Of a stretch of DNA of 64,000 bases, positions 31,306 to 40,931 are shown piece by piece (the stretch's first letter is position 1; each line of letters opens with the position of its first letter). This DNA is from Myxococcota bacterium (lineage in GTDB: Bacteria > Myxococcota_A > UBA9160 > UBA4427). The stretch covers positions 83,789-147,788 of the forward strand of contig JAYZFK010000046.1 of assembly GCA_036336835.1 (NCBI GenBank), written 5' to 3'. The notes beneath the pieces are model-generated. The model did no database searches. It was not told where the DNA came from and saw only the letters and a program-made list of their open reading frames with translations. A program made the translations under genes and the position numbers.

Positions 31306-33300
31306 TCAGTGCCGGCCGCCGCGCGCTCCTCCGCCCCGGCCAACGCGCCCGCTGCCGCCGCGACCCACGCGCGCACCGCCGTCGCCGCGGCGCGAGCGGC
31401 CACCACTACCGATTGCGCGCGAACGGCTGGCGCCGGACGAGCGCTCCTTGGACTGGAACGCGGCGCTGCGATCGCGGCGACTCTTCGCCGCACGGCCCAC
31501 GCTGGCCGCGCGCGAACTGCCACGCGCGCGCTCGACGCGCGGGCTGCGATCGCCCCGGTCTGCTCGCGCGCGCGGGCTCGCGGGCGAAGGCGTGGGGGCG
31601 ACCCGCGTCGCACGCTGGCCGCGGCCGGAACGAACCCTGATCGGGCGGGCCACATCCGACCGCGCGACGCGGGGAACGCGACGCTGCGCAGCGCGCGACG
31701 GTCCGGTGCGGTCGAGGCGACCGCGATGGCGGCCCGCTGCGTCCACGCGCGGCAGTCGGTCGACCCGCACGGCGCGACCCCTCTCGCGTCGGTCGACCCG
31801 CACGGCGCGACCCCTCTCGCGTCGGTCGACCCGTTCGGCGCGACCTCCCTCGCGTCGGTCGACCCGTTCGGCGCGACCCCTCTCGCGTCGGTCGACCCGT
31901 TCGGCGCGACCTCCCTCGCGTCGGTCGACTCGTTCGGCGCGACCTCCCTCGCGTCGGCCGACTCGTTCGGCGCGACCTCTGTCGCGTCGGCCCGCGCGAT
32001 GAGTCCGCTCGCGGTGCTCTCCGCGCCGCCAATCTCGGTCGAAGTGCCGGCCGAAGGTCCCGTCCGGCATGCGCACAGTGCGGCTGCGGAACTCGCCGCG
32101 CCGTGATCCGCGCGCGGCTCCACGGCGCCCGTCGCGCGAGCGGAACGTCCGGCCGCCGATCGTCTCGGGCGAGCCATGGCGATGCGCGCGCCAATCGGAG
32201 TGACGCTCGTGACGCCGCACTGTGCGGTAGACGGCGTGGCTCGAACGATGGTGGTGGTGTCTGCGATGGTCGAAATGGCGTGCCACACGCTTGTAGCGAT
32301 GATGGTGCCCACCGTAGAACCAGTGCACGAAGTGCAGCGACGGCAGCCCGAAGGAAACTGGGTAGCGAGACGGTCCGTAATAGAACCCGAAGTGCGGATA
32401 CACCGGATACCACCAGCCCCAGGGATACCAGTAGGCGTACCAACGCGGGTAGCCGAACCAATACGGGTAGGGAGAGTAGTACTGACGCACACTGACGCGC
32501 ACGTCTTCGCTCGTCAGGTCATCGTATTCATAGCCGTACTCGTCGGCGTACTCGCGCGCCGCCTGCTCGAGTTCGCCACGCGCCTCGGGATCGTTCGTCA
32601 GCCCGTCGCGCCACTCCTCTTCGACTGCCCGGTTGGCGGCAGCAACTGCGACCGCCAGCTCGTTGATCCGCTCGCGCGTTGCCTCCGGGTCGGCAGCAAA
32701 TGCCTCGCCGATCGCCACCAGGGCGCTCGGGCTGCGGGCGAGCATCGCGAGCAGCTCGGGATCCTCGAGCAGCTGCGCGAACGCCTCTCGCGCGGACTCG
32801 GGCAGCGGAGCCACCTCCTCGCCGAACTCGATGTCGGCCGAAGCCTTGATCGCATCCGCCTCCTGCAGGAGCTCGAAGTGTTCGCGGCCCAGGTGGCGGA
32901 TCGCGGCCCGCACCGGCTCGGGTCGTTGCTCGGCGATCGCATCGAGCGCCGCAGCGTCCTTCTCGCCGCCCGTGACGACTTCGCCTAGCACGCCTGGCGT
33001 GCGCACCAGCTCCCACAGCTCCTCCTGGTGCTCGCGATCGAGGCGCTGAATGCGCAGATCGAAGGCCGCACCCGAACGCGCCTGGATCAGCTCGATACGA
33101 ACGAGCACATCCGGGTGCTGGGTTGCTGCGAGCGCGGCTTCGCGCCGCTCAGACGTGCGCGAGGCGATGGCTTCGAGCAGCTCCTGCTCCCGCTCGTCGA
33201 GGGCGTCGAGCCCTTCGGGCGCCTGCAATGCGAGGGAGGCCGGGGCAAAGACGAGCTGTAGCACCGCCGCGAAGATCCAGGAGCGTGCGTGAGGGGCCAT
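31306..33300 (-). CDS. Secreted hypothetical protein with aromatic/His-rich segment and Arg/Gly-rich low-complexity tail
   Basis: Signal peptide MAPHARSWIFAAVLQLVFAPASLA, acidic helical domain, YPYWFGYPRWY segment. Confidence 0.65.
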   Translation of the reverse strand: MAPHARSWIFAAVLQLVFAPASLALQAPEGLDALDEREQELLEAIASRTSERREAALAATQHPDVLVRIELIQARSGAAFDLRIQRLDREHQEELWELVRTPGVLGEVVTGGEKDAAALDAIAEQRPEPVRAAIRHLGREHFELLQEADAIKASADIEFGEEVAPLPESAREAFAQLLEDPELLAMLARSPSALVAIGEAFAADPEATRERINELAVAVAAANRAVEEEWRDGLTNDPEARGELEQAAREYADEYGYEYDDLTSEDVRVSVRQYYSPYPYWFGYPRWYAYWYPWGWWYPVYPHFGFYYGPSRYPVSFGLPSLHFVHWFYGGHHHRYKRVARHFDHRRHHHHRSSHAVYRTVRRHERHSDWRAHRHGSPETIGGRTFRSRDGRRGAARGSRRGEFRSRTVRMPDGTFGRHFDRDWRRGEHRERTHRAGRRDRGRAERVGRREGGRAERVDRREGGRAERVDRRERGRAERVDRREGGRAERVDRRERGRAVRVDRRERGRAVRVDRLPRVDAAGRHRGRLDRTGPSRAAQRRVPRVARSDVARPIRVRSGRGQRATRVAPTPSPASPRARADRGDRSPRVERARGSSRAASVGRAAKSRRDRSAAFQSKERSSGASRSRAIGSGGRSRRGDGGARVGRGGSGRVGRGGGARGGRH
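31755..31993. repeat. 33-bp coding tandem repeat, 7 full copies plus a partial
   Basis: Unit about GTCGGTCGACCCGTTCGGCGCGACCCCTCTCGC; encodes RRE(R/G)GRA(E/V)RVD on the minus strand. Confidence 0.92.
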
Positions 33301-33464
33301 CGGAATCGACCTCCGGCCCGGCCTGATTGCCGGGGACTCGAGTTCGACGCATGACGGCACCATTACTTCATCGGGCGACGCCAGGATCCCGCGGGGAGTG
33401 CTCGGAGATGAGCAGCGTATCCAAACCCGTAACTGCGAGGATGACACAGGAAAGGGTCATCCGG

Positions 33465-34508
33465 TCATCGCCCGGTGTCGGAAGCCCCCAGCCGGCCCGA
33501 GAGCAGCCGGGCGGCCGGGCGAGTCGTCTCTAGCTGTTCGAACAGGATCTTGAGCATGGCGGTGATCGGAGTCGCGAGCAGCATCCCGACGATCCCCCAC
33601 AACATGCCCCAGAGGATCAACGCCATCAGGATCGCGACCGGGTGCAGGTCGAGTGCATCGCCCAAGATCTTCGGCTCGAGCACGCTTCCGATCACGAACT
33701 GGATTGCGCCCGGCACGGCGATCGCAGCGACCGCCGCCGCCTGGGACGTATCCGGGCTCATGATCACCACCGGCAGCGGCAATAGTGTCGCGATCAGCGA
33801 GCCCACGCTTGGAATGAAATTCAGCAGGAACGCAAACAATCCGAACGCCAGCGCGAGATCGATCCCCAGCAGCCACAGCACCGTGCCGACCAGGATGCCG
33901 GTCGCGCCCGACACCAGCGCCTTGGTGGCGATGTAGCGCTCCACGCGCCGCTCGATGTCCCGCCAGATGCCGCTGTCGTCGGATGTCGACAATGCGGTCT
34001 CGCGTCCGATCAACAGGTAGATCATGAAGATCAGCACCAGCAGCGACTTCGAGAGCAGATCGACGATCGCGTTGGTCGTGCCCAGCAACATGCTCCCGAT
34101 CGCGCTGACCGGAATCTGCGAGATCGGGTCGAGCATCGCGCTCGAATCGATGCCGAGCAGCTCGAGCGGCGCTGCGTCGGCAACACGCGCGAGCAGCTCC
34201 CCGAGCCACATCTGGTACTCGGCGGCGTTGGCTGCGAGCTGCACGACCGACGTCTGGATCAGCGCCGCTACCGCGGTGAGCAACCCAATGCCTAGCAACA
34301 GCGTGGTCCCGATCGAGAGCGAGCGCGGCAGCTTGAGCCGACGCACCTGCACGTCGACCACGGGCTGGAGCCCGAGCGCGAAGAACACCGCGAGCACGAA
34401 GGGAACCATCACCGGCCGCAGCCAGTAGAGCGCAAAGCCCGTTCCGATCACACTCAGGATCAGCAGGCAGGCTGTCTGGATCCGGCGTTCCTGCAGCTCT
34501 CGTTCCAT
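33465..34508 (-). CDS. AI-2E family transporter
   Basis: LLNFIPSVGS, LEPKILGDALDLHP, WGIVGMLLATP. Confidence 0.9.
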   Translation of the reverse strand: MERELQERRIQTACLLILSVIGTGFALYWLRPVMVPFVLAVFFALGLQPVVDVQVRRLKLPRSLSIGTTLLLGIGLLTAVAALIQTSVVQLAANAAEYQMWLGELLARVADAAPLELLGIDSSAMLDPISQIPVSAIGSMLLGTTNAIVDLLSKSLLVLIFMIYLLIGRETALSTSDDSGIWRDIERRVERYIATKALVSGATGILVGTVLWLLGIDLALAFGLFAFLLNFIPSVGSLIATLLPLPVVIMSPDTSQAAAVAAIAVPGAIQFVIGSVLEPKILGDALDLHPVAILMALILWGMLWGIVGMLLATPITAMLKILFEQLETTRPAARLLSGRLGASDTGR

Positions 34509-34583
34509 CGGCTGGCACCGCCTCCGCGCCGCTGTCGGTGCAGCGTCGCACGGCGGCGGATGATATCATCGGATCTCCACGTG

Positions 34584-36650
34584 ATGAGCGAGCCCGTACT
34601 TCACCGCCTCACGACCTCCGCGTGGATCCTGCTCGGCGTCGCGATCTGCGCCTGGATGATTCCCCTCGAGCCGAACCTGCTCGAGGAGGGCATCGCGCTC
34701 CACCTCGCCCAGCGCATGATGCAGGGCGAGCACCTGTTCCGAGACCTCGCGAGCTTCACCGGGCCGCTTCCCTTCGAGCTGCTCTCGCTTCTGTTCCGCG
34801 CGTTCGGCACCGACATCTGGGTGGCGCGCGGCGCGGTCGCCGTGATGCACGGTCTGGCTTGCGGCGCCGCCTATGCACTCGCGCACGCGGCGCGACGCGA
34901 TGGATTCGCCCATCTCGCGGCGGGCTTCGTCGCCGCAGCGCCCGTGCTGCTGTTTCCGCTCTTCTCACTCTACTTCTACTCATTGCTGGCGTTGCACCTC
35001 GCGCTCCCCGCCGCCTGGGCCGCGCAGCGCGGCGTCGATTCACCGCGACTCGCCGCCCTCGCTGGCGCGCTCGTCGCTGGCGTTGCGCTCTGCAAGCAGA
35101 ACTTCGGTCTCTCGCTCGCGCTGTCCCTCGGACTGGCTCTCGCTGCCGCGACACCACGGGGACAGCGGTGGCGGCGCTGCGGCACCTACGCCGCGGGAGG
35201 CATCGCAGTCACCTTTGCGACGCTCGCGCTCTACGCCGCTCGCGGCGACCTGCTGCCACTCTGGCAATCGCTCGTCACCCTCCCATTGTCGTTCACGACG
35301 ACATTCGATTCACCCTACGTCAACATGTGGCCGCCGGGCGAGCTGCGCGAGGATATCTACATCGATCGCGCTCGTTATGTTCCAGGCCTCTACGGACTGC
35401 GCTTCAGCATCTTCGAGGGCATTAGCTTCGCGACTGCCTTGTGGACCCAGCTGCTCTACGCGTCGCCATTCATCGCTCTCGTCCTGACGCTGCTCGCCGC
35501 GCGCAAGTCCGCGCTCCCGCGCGCCACCTGGATCCACACGGCCCTGCTCGTCGCGACGATCCCCACACTGTTCCCTCGCACGGACTGGGGCCACCTCGTC
35601 TACGTGTTGCCCGCCACCATCGTGCAGCTGTGTTTGATCGCGCGCTCACTGTCACAACCGGCTTGGGCGAGGGCCAGCGCAGCGGCTCTCGGACTGGTGC
35701 TTGCCGTACTGACCGCGGCGACCGGCGCGTGGCTGCACGACCGCGCGCGGCCGGCGCGCTTCGGGCCCCACCTGCCGATCCAGCCGGTGAGCGGCATGCT
35801 GAGCGCGCCGCCACTCGGCCCGGTGATCGCCGCTCTGCGCACACGCACCGCCCCGGGCGAGCCGATCTTCGTGGCCCGCGCGGAGCCGCTTGTCTACTTC
35901 GCAGCCGGCAATCCGAACCCGACGCCCTACAGCGGCGTAATCCCCGGTATCCGCCAAGAGCAGGAGCAGACGATTACGGCCGCGTTGCGGGTCGTTCGTT
36001 ATGTCGTGATGAGCGACATCGATCAGCCTCTCTTCGTCTACTACAGTGATGTGCTCCCCGGAGTGTGGGCCCACCTCGAACGTCACTTCCGGGTGGCGCG
36101 AAACGCACCCCCGGGCTGGCTCACTTTGCTCGAACGCGGCGAGGACCGCGGGCCGACCGCAATCGACCTGTTCGAGTTGCGGGAACAGGGGGTTGCCTTC
36201 GTACGCCAGGCGAACGGCTCGCTCGCCAAGCCACCCGGCCCGGCGCCGCGACTCGCCGCCCGCCTGAACCGACGTCCGCTCGCCTTCTGGCTCGGTGACC
36301 GGGGCGGCGGCATTGATTTCGAGCTGGTGGTCCCGCCCGCTGCGCGCTTCCAGAGCGACATCGCGCTGGGGCAGACGATCGGGCTCACCCGCCCTTACGA
36401 ACACCCGAGTGGCGTCGATGCGGTGGTCTCGATCGCACCCGATGGCGAGAGCCTGCGCGAGCTCGTGCGACGGCGTATCGAGGCGGACGCGAGCCCACAC
36501 CACAGCTGGCTGCCCATCGAGGCCGACCTCGCCCGGTGGGCGGGACAGCGGGTCACGCTGCGCCTGGAGATCCGTTCGATTCGAACGATCGCCGACGACC
36601 GCCTCGCCTGGTTCGGGAGCCCCCGACTGGCGACACCGCCGCGGCGCTGA
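34584..36650 (+). CDS. GT-C-type (ArnT/PMT-like) membrane glycosyltransferase
   Basis: EEG...GEHLFRDL..FTGP N-terminal motif, multiple TM helices, KQN motif, soluble C-terminal domain. Confidence 0.6.
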   Translation: MSEPVLHRLTTSAWILLGVAICAWMIPLEPNLLEEGIALHLAQRMMQGEHLFRDLASFTGPLPFELLSLLFRAFGTDIWVARGAVAVMHGLACGAAYALAHAARRDGFAHLAAGFVAAAPVLLFPLFSLYFYSLLALHLALPAAWAAQRGVDSPRLAALAGALVAGVALCKQNFGLSLALSLGLALAAATPRGQRWRRCGTYAAGGIAVTFATLALYAARGDLLPLWQSLVTLPLSFTTTFDSPYVNMWPPGELREDIYIDRARYVPGLYGLRFSIFEGISFATALWTQLLYASPFIALVLTLLAARKSALPRATWIHTALLVATIPTLFPRTDWGHLVYVLPATIVQLCLIARSLSQPAWARASAAALGLVLAVLTAATGAWLHDRARPARFGPHLPIQPVSGMLSAPPLGPVIAALRTRTAPGEPIFVARAEPLVYFAAGNPNPTPYSGVIPGIRQEQEQTITAALRVVRYVVMSDIDQPLFVYYSDVLPGVWAHLERHFRVARNAPPGWLTLLERGEDRGPTAIDLFELREQGVAFVRQANGSLAKPPGPAPRLAARLNRRPLAFWLGDRGGGIDFELVVPPAARFQSDIALGQTIGLTRPYEHPSGVDAVVSIAPDGESLRELVRRRIEADASPHHSWLPIEADLARWAGQRVTLRLEIRSIRTIADDRLAWFGSPRLATPPRR

Positions 36651-36666
36651 CCCGATCGTTCCGCGT

Positions 36667-37734
36667 TCAATCGGGGGCGTCAGGACGCCGCGCCACCACG
36701 TGTACCGTGGCACCACTGCGACACACTGCCGCTGCGATCGACAACGCGAGCGCGGGCAGCGAGCCAAAGACGAGCCAGAGCCCGATCGCGAGCCGTGACG
36801 CGCGGCGCGTTCCGGACCGCTGCGGCGGGCTGTGAAGCGCGGTGTACAGCCGATTGGGGCGCTCGGGATCAAACCCGTTCTGCAGGCTCTGGATCCAGCC
36901 GAATGGATTTTGCCGCAGCGAGAAGTGATGGGTGCGTCCGCACTCGAAGCCACAGCGCTCGATCAGCTGGCGCAGCGCCGTGAGCGGAAACTGGTAGAGG
37001 TGGCGCGGCGCGTCGAGATGAAACCAGCCCGCGCCGGCCAAGCGCGCCTGCCAGCTCGAGAAGTTGGGCACCGCAACCACGAGCCGCCCGCCCGGCTGCA
37101 AGATCCGGTAGCACTCCTCGAGCGTCGCGCGCGGGTCGCGCAGGTGCTCGAGCACGTGCCAGATCACGATCTGGTCGAAGCTCGCTGCGTCGTACCGGGC
37201 CGCCGTGAGATCGGACACGATGCGGATCTCGGCCCGCTGATCGGCGCCACGAACCGCGGCCTCGCTCAGCTCCACGCCATGGGCCTCGAAGCCGAGATCG
37301 GAGAGCGGCCCCAGGACCACCCCGCGACCGCAGCCTACGTCGAGCACGCGCGCGCCCGGCTCGAGCCCTGCCGAGAGGAAGCGGGCGTGGCGAGCCGCCA
37401 CGAGACGCACCCCCCACTCGACCGCCGACACGAACTTGGAACCGGGAGCGCCGTAGTACTCGTCCGGGTAGAAGGAGGCGACCTCGGCCGGCCCCGGCAT
37501 GGGTGCAAAGCGGCCCAGCCCACACTCGGTGCACACCACGATCGGCGACTCGATGCCATCGACCGCAAAGTGTGGGCTCGCGCTGGTGGCGTCGCAGACG
37601 GAACACGCCGAGACGGAGACGACCTCTGTTGCTCCGATCGGGCGAACAGGTCGATCGTAGAGGGCCAAGTGGTCTCCAGGACGCGGCCGGCCGGCGCGGC
37701 CCGCGAGCGTGCACTCTCCCAGGGCGCGCGTCAA
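36667..37734 (-). CDS. Class I SAM-dependent methyltransferase with N-terminal Cys cluster
   Basis: CSVC...CTECG, LDVGCGRG, WHVLEHLRDP, DAPRHL; true start probably downstream of 37734. Confidence 0.85.
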   Translation of the reverse strand: MTRALGECTLAGRAGRPRPGDHLALYDRPVRPIGATEVVSVSACSVCDATSASPHFAVDGIESPIVVCTECGLGRFAPMPGPAEVASFYPDEYYGAPGSKFVSAVEWGVRLVAARHARFLSAGLEPGARVLDVGCGRGVVLGPLSDLGFEAHGVELSEAAVRGADQRAEIRIVSDLTAARYDAASFDQIVIWHVLEHLRDPRATLEECYRILQPGGRLVVAVPNFSSWQARLAGAGWFHLDAPRHLYQFPLTALRQLIERCGFECGRTHHFSLRQNPFGWIQSLQNGFDPERPNRLYTALHSPPQRSGTRRASRLAIGLWLVFGSLPALALSIAAAVCRSGATVHVVARRPDAPD

Positions 37735-37760
37735 ACGCAGTGCGGGGCTAGCCTCGGACG

Positions 37761-38678
37761 ATGGGCTCCGGACGCGTACTGCTCAGCGGTGCCACCGGTC
37801 TGGTCGGGCAGGCGTTGCTGCCTGCCCTGCTGGAGCGCGGTGCCACGGTCCACGCCCTCACTCGACGCAAGCCGAAATCACAGCCCGCCCAGACCGGCGG
37901 CGCACACTTCTTCGAGTGGGATGGTGTGCATCCGCCCGAAGCTTCACTGCGCGGCATCGACGCCGTCGTCCACCTGGCCGGCGAGCCAATCTTCGGCGGC
38001 CTGGTCACGCAACGGCGCATGCGACGGATGGTGTCGAGCCGCATCGACTCGACGCGCGAGCTGGCGGCGAGGATTGCGGCGCTCGACCCGTCGCAGCGGC
38101 CGGGCCGCTTCGTCTGCGCCTCCGCAGTTGGCCTCTACGGCGACCGCGCCGACGAGAAGCTCGACGAAGCCAGCGTGCCCGGCCGGGGCTTCCTACCGGA
38201 CCTGTGTCGAGACTGGGAGCGCGCCGCCGAAGAGGCGCGCTCCTCCAACCTCAGCGTCGCGCGCCTGCGCTTCGGCGTCATCCTCTCGCGTCGCGGAGGC
38301 GCACTGCCACCCATGCGCAGGTCGTTCGAGCTGCACCTCGGTGGACGACTGGGCAGCGGAGACCAATGGGTACCGTGGGTCCACCTCGACGACGCCGTCG
38401 GCGCGGTACTGCTCGCCATCGACGGCAGACTCGACGGCCCTGTCAACGTCGTCGCGCCCAACCCCGTGACCAACCGCGAGCTGACACGCGAGCTGGCGAA
38501 GCAGCTCGGTCGGCCTGGCTTCTGGGTCGTGCCGGGGTTCGCGCTGCGCGCCGTGCTGGGCGAGATCGCCGACGAGCTGCTGGGCAGCAAGCAGGTTGCC
38601 CCAGGCGCGCTCGAGCGAGCGCGCTATCGCTTCAGGTATCCCGAGCTGGCCCCCGCGCTCGTCGAAGAGCTCTCGTGA
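37761..38678 (+). CDS. TIGR01777-family NAD-dependent epimerase (YfcH-like)
   Basis: SGATGLVG, VVHLAGE, SRIDST, GSGDQWVPWVHLDD. Confidence 0.9.
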   Translation: MGSGRVLLSGATGLVGQALLPALLERGATVHALTRRKPKSQPAQTGGAHFFEWDGVHPPEASLRGIDAVVHLAGEPIFGGLVTQRRMRRMVSSRIDSTRELAARIAALDPSQRPGRFVCASAVGLYGDRADEKLDEASVPGRGFLPDLCRDWERAAEEARSSNLSVARLRFGVILSRRGGALPPMRRSFELHLGGRLGSGDQWVPWVHLDDAVGAVLLAIDGRLDGPVNVVAPNPVTNRELTRELAKQLGRPGFWVVPGFALRAVLGEIADELLGSKQVAPGALERARYRFRYPELAPALVEELS

Positions 38679-40645
38679 TCGACTCGAATCTGCTGTTCGA
38701 GCTGCTGCTGCTGCTGGCGCTGACCGCTGCCGGACTGGCGCTGTTCGAGCGACTGCGGCTTCCCTCGATCGTGGGCTTCCTACTCGTGGGCGCGATCGCA
38801 GGCCCGGGCGGACTTCAGCTCGTCGAGGAGCCGGAGAGCGTCCGCTCGCTCGCCGAGATCGGCGTCGTCTTCCTGCTGTTCGAAATCGGCCTCGAGCTGC
38901 CGCTCGAGCGGCTTCGCACCCTGTGGCGCACCGCGCTGATCGCGGGCGGAGCGCAGGTGGCGCTCACCGTCGGCGTGGTCGCGGTCGGCGCCGGCGTGCT
39001 CGGGCTCGCCGCCGCGCCGGCGCTGGTACTCGGCGGCGTCGTCGCAATGTCGAGCACGGCGCTCGCGACGCGGCTGCTGGTCGACCAGGGCTCGGTCGAC
39101 GCGCCCCACGGCCGGCTCTCGGTTGCCATCCTCGTGCTGCAGGACCTGGCGATCGTGCCCTTCCTGCTAGCGGTTCCGCTGCTGGGCGAAGCCGGGAACT
39201 CGCTGCGCGAGGTCGGCCTGGCCGTCGGGCGGATGGGCATCGCACTCGGTGGAATGCTGCTGGTGACTCGCGGTGTCGTGCCGCGGGTGCTCGACCGCGC
39301 GGCACGAGTCCGTTCGCCCGATCTGTTCAGCCTGCTCGCGCTGCTCGTCGTGCTCGGATCGGCCTTCGTCGCCGAGATGCTCGGTCTGACGCTGGCAGTC
39401 GGCGCGTTCCTGGCCGGAGTCGCAGCAACGGCCTCGCCGTACTCGCATCAGCTGTTCTCGGAGATCGTCCCGCTGCGCGGTGTGTTGATCGGCTTGTTCT
39501 TCACCGCGATCGGGATGATGTTCGATCCGCGCGTACTGATCGAGCATCCGGGCGACGTAGTCCTCTACCTCGCAGTCGCCATCGTGCTGAAGGGCGCGAT
39601 CGTCGCCGGGGTTGCGGCGCGGCTCGCGCGCGAGCCGATGCGAAGCGGCGTACTGGCAGGCGCGGCCCTTGCCCAGACCGGCGAGTTCAGCTTCGTGCTG
39701 GCGGAGGCAGCGAGCTCGGCCGACCTGCTCGAGCCGAGCCTGCACCAGGTAGTAATCGCGGGCTCGATCCTCAGTCTGCTCGCAACGCCCTTCCTGTTGC
39801 GCGCCGCTCCGATCCTGGTCGACTGGCTCGAGGGCGATGCGCCGCGCGGCAAGGGCGAAATCACCCGAGCCGACGATGCGCTGCTCGCCGAGCGCGTCGT
39901 CGTGATCGGGTTCGGACACGCGGGCCAGACACTCGTGCGAACCCTGCGGTCGCTCGAGATCCCCTACGTGATCGTCGAGGCCAACGCCAGCAGCGTCGAA
40001 GCCGCGCGCGAACGAGGCGAGCCGATCGTGTTCGCCGACGCGACCCGCCCACCGGTGCTGCTGCGCCTGGGGGTCGACGTGGCAAAGCTCGTGGTCGTCG
40101 CCATTTCCGATCCGCTCGCGACTCGCCGCATCGTGTCGCGCGTCCATGCGCTCGCGCCGCAAACTCCCCTCGTCGCACGAACTCGCTACGTCCAGGAAGT
40201 CGACCTGCTCGAGCGGGCCGGCGCGTCGGCCATCATCGCCGAGGAGTACGAGGGAGCTATCGAGCTGGTCGCTCGCACGCTCGCGAGCTTTGCGATCCCG
40301 AGCACGGCCGTCCGCAACTTCACCGACGCCCTGCGCGACGAGGGCTACGGCGCCATCCGCACGAACGCCTCCCAGCCGATCGACCCGTGGCTGGTCGAGC
40401 TGCTCGATCAGATCGAGACGGACTGGGTCGAAGTGCCCGCCGACTTCCCGGGCAACCTGAGCCTGAGCGATCTGGACGTGCGGGCCCAGACTGGCGCAAG
40501 CGTGCTCGCCGTGGAGCGCATCGGAGACGCAACGCCGAACCCGAGCCCCGAGCAGGCGATCCGGGCCCTGGACCGCCTGCTCGTTCTCGGCGATACCTCG
40601 GCGCTCGGCAAGCTCGAGCGATTGCTCCGCGAGCGCGCCAGCTGA
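38675..40645 (+). CDS. CPA2 cation:proton antiporter (KefC-like) with TrkA-N and TrkA-C domains
   Basis: GVVFLLFEIGLE, LVLQDL, LAQTGEFSFV, IGFGHAG. Confidence 0.92.
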   Translation: MIDSNLLFELLLLLALTAAGLALFERLRLPSIVGFLLVGAIAGPGGLQLVEEPESVRSLAEIGVVFLLFEIGLELPLERLRTLWRTALIAGGAQVALTVGVVAVGAGVLGLAAAPALVLGGVVAMSSTALATRLLVDQGSVDAPHGRLSVAILVLQDLAIVPFLLAVPLLGEAGNSLREVGLAVGRMGIALGGMLLVTRGVVPRVLDRAARVRSPDLFSLLALLVVLGSAFVAEMLGLTLAVGAFLAGVAATASPYSHQLFSEIVPLRGVLIGLFFTAIGMMFDPRVLIEHPGDVVLYLAVAIVLKGAIVAGVAARLAREPMRSGVLAGAALAQTGEFSFVLAEAASSADLLEPSLHQVVIAGSILSLLATPFLLRAAPILVDWLEGDAPRGKGEITRADDALLAERVVVIGFGHAGQTLVRTLRSLEIPYVIVEANASSVEAARERGEPIVFADATRPPVLLRLGVDVAKLVVVAISDPLATRRIVSRVHALAPQTPLVARTRYVQEVDLLERAGASAIIAEEYEGAIELVARTLASFAIPSTAVRNFTDALRDEGYGAIRTNASQPIDPWLVELLDQIETDWVEVPADFPGNLSLSDLDVRAQTGASVLAVERIGDATPNPSPEQAIRALDRLLVLGDTSALGKLERLLRERAS

Positions 40646-40931
40646 GCGACGGTTCTTTCACCTGGCGCGCGCCGCGCTCTGGACGCCGAGCCGGTCGAGG
40701 GCGCGAAGGCGTTCGAGCTCGATGCCATCTCCTCGCTGGCGTATTCGGCCTGGAGACCCCATTCCTGGGCGCTTGCTCTCAGCCTGGCGCTTCGTCGTGC
40801 CGATGCACCGGGGAGGCCGGAGCGCCGGCGTGTTCCGCTCGCAAGCTCGTCGATCCGCCGCAGGGTCAACTACGTGTTGGCGAACTTGCACCTTTGCTGC
40901 GACCCGGAGTCGAGCCCGGAGGCAACTACTC

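Noticed and set aside
31755..31993. 33-bp repeats as a CRISPR array
   Set aside because: Direct tandem units with no spacers, in frame within a CDS
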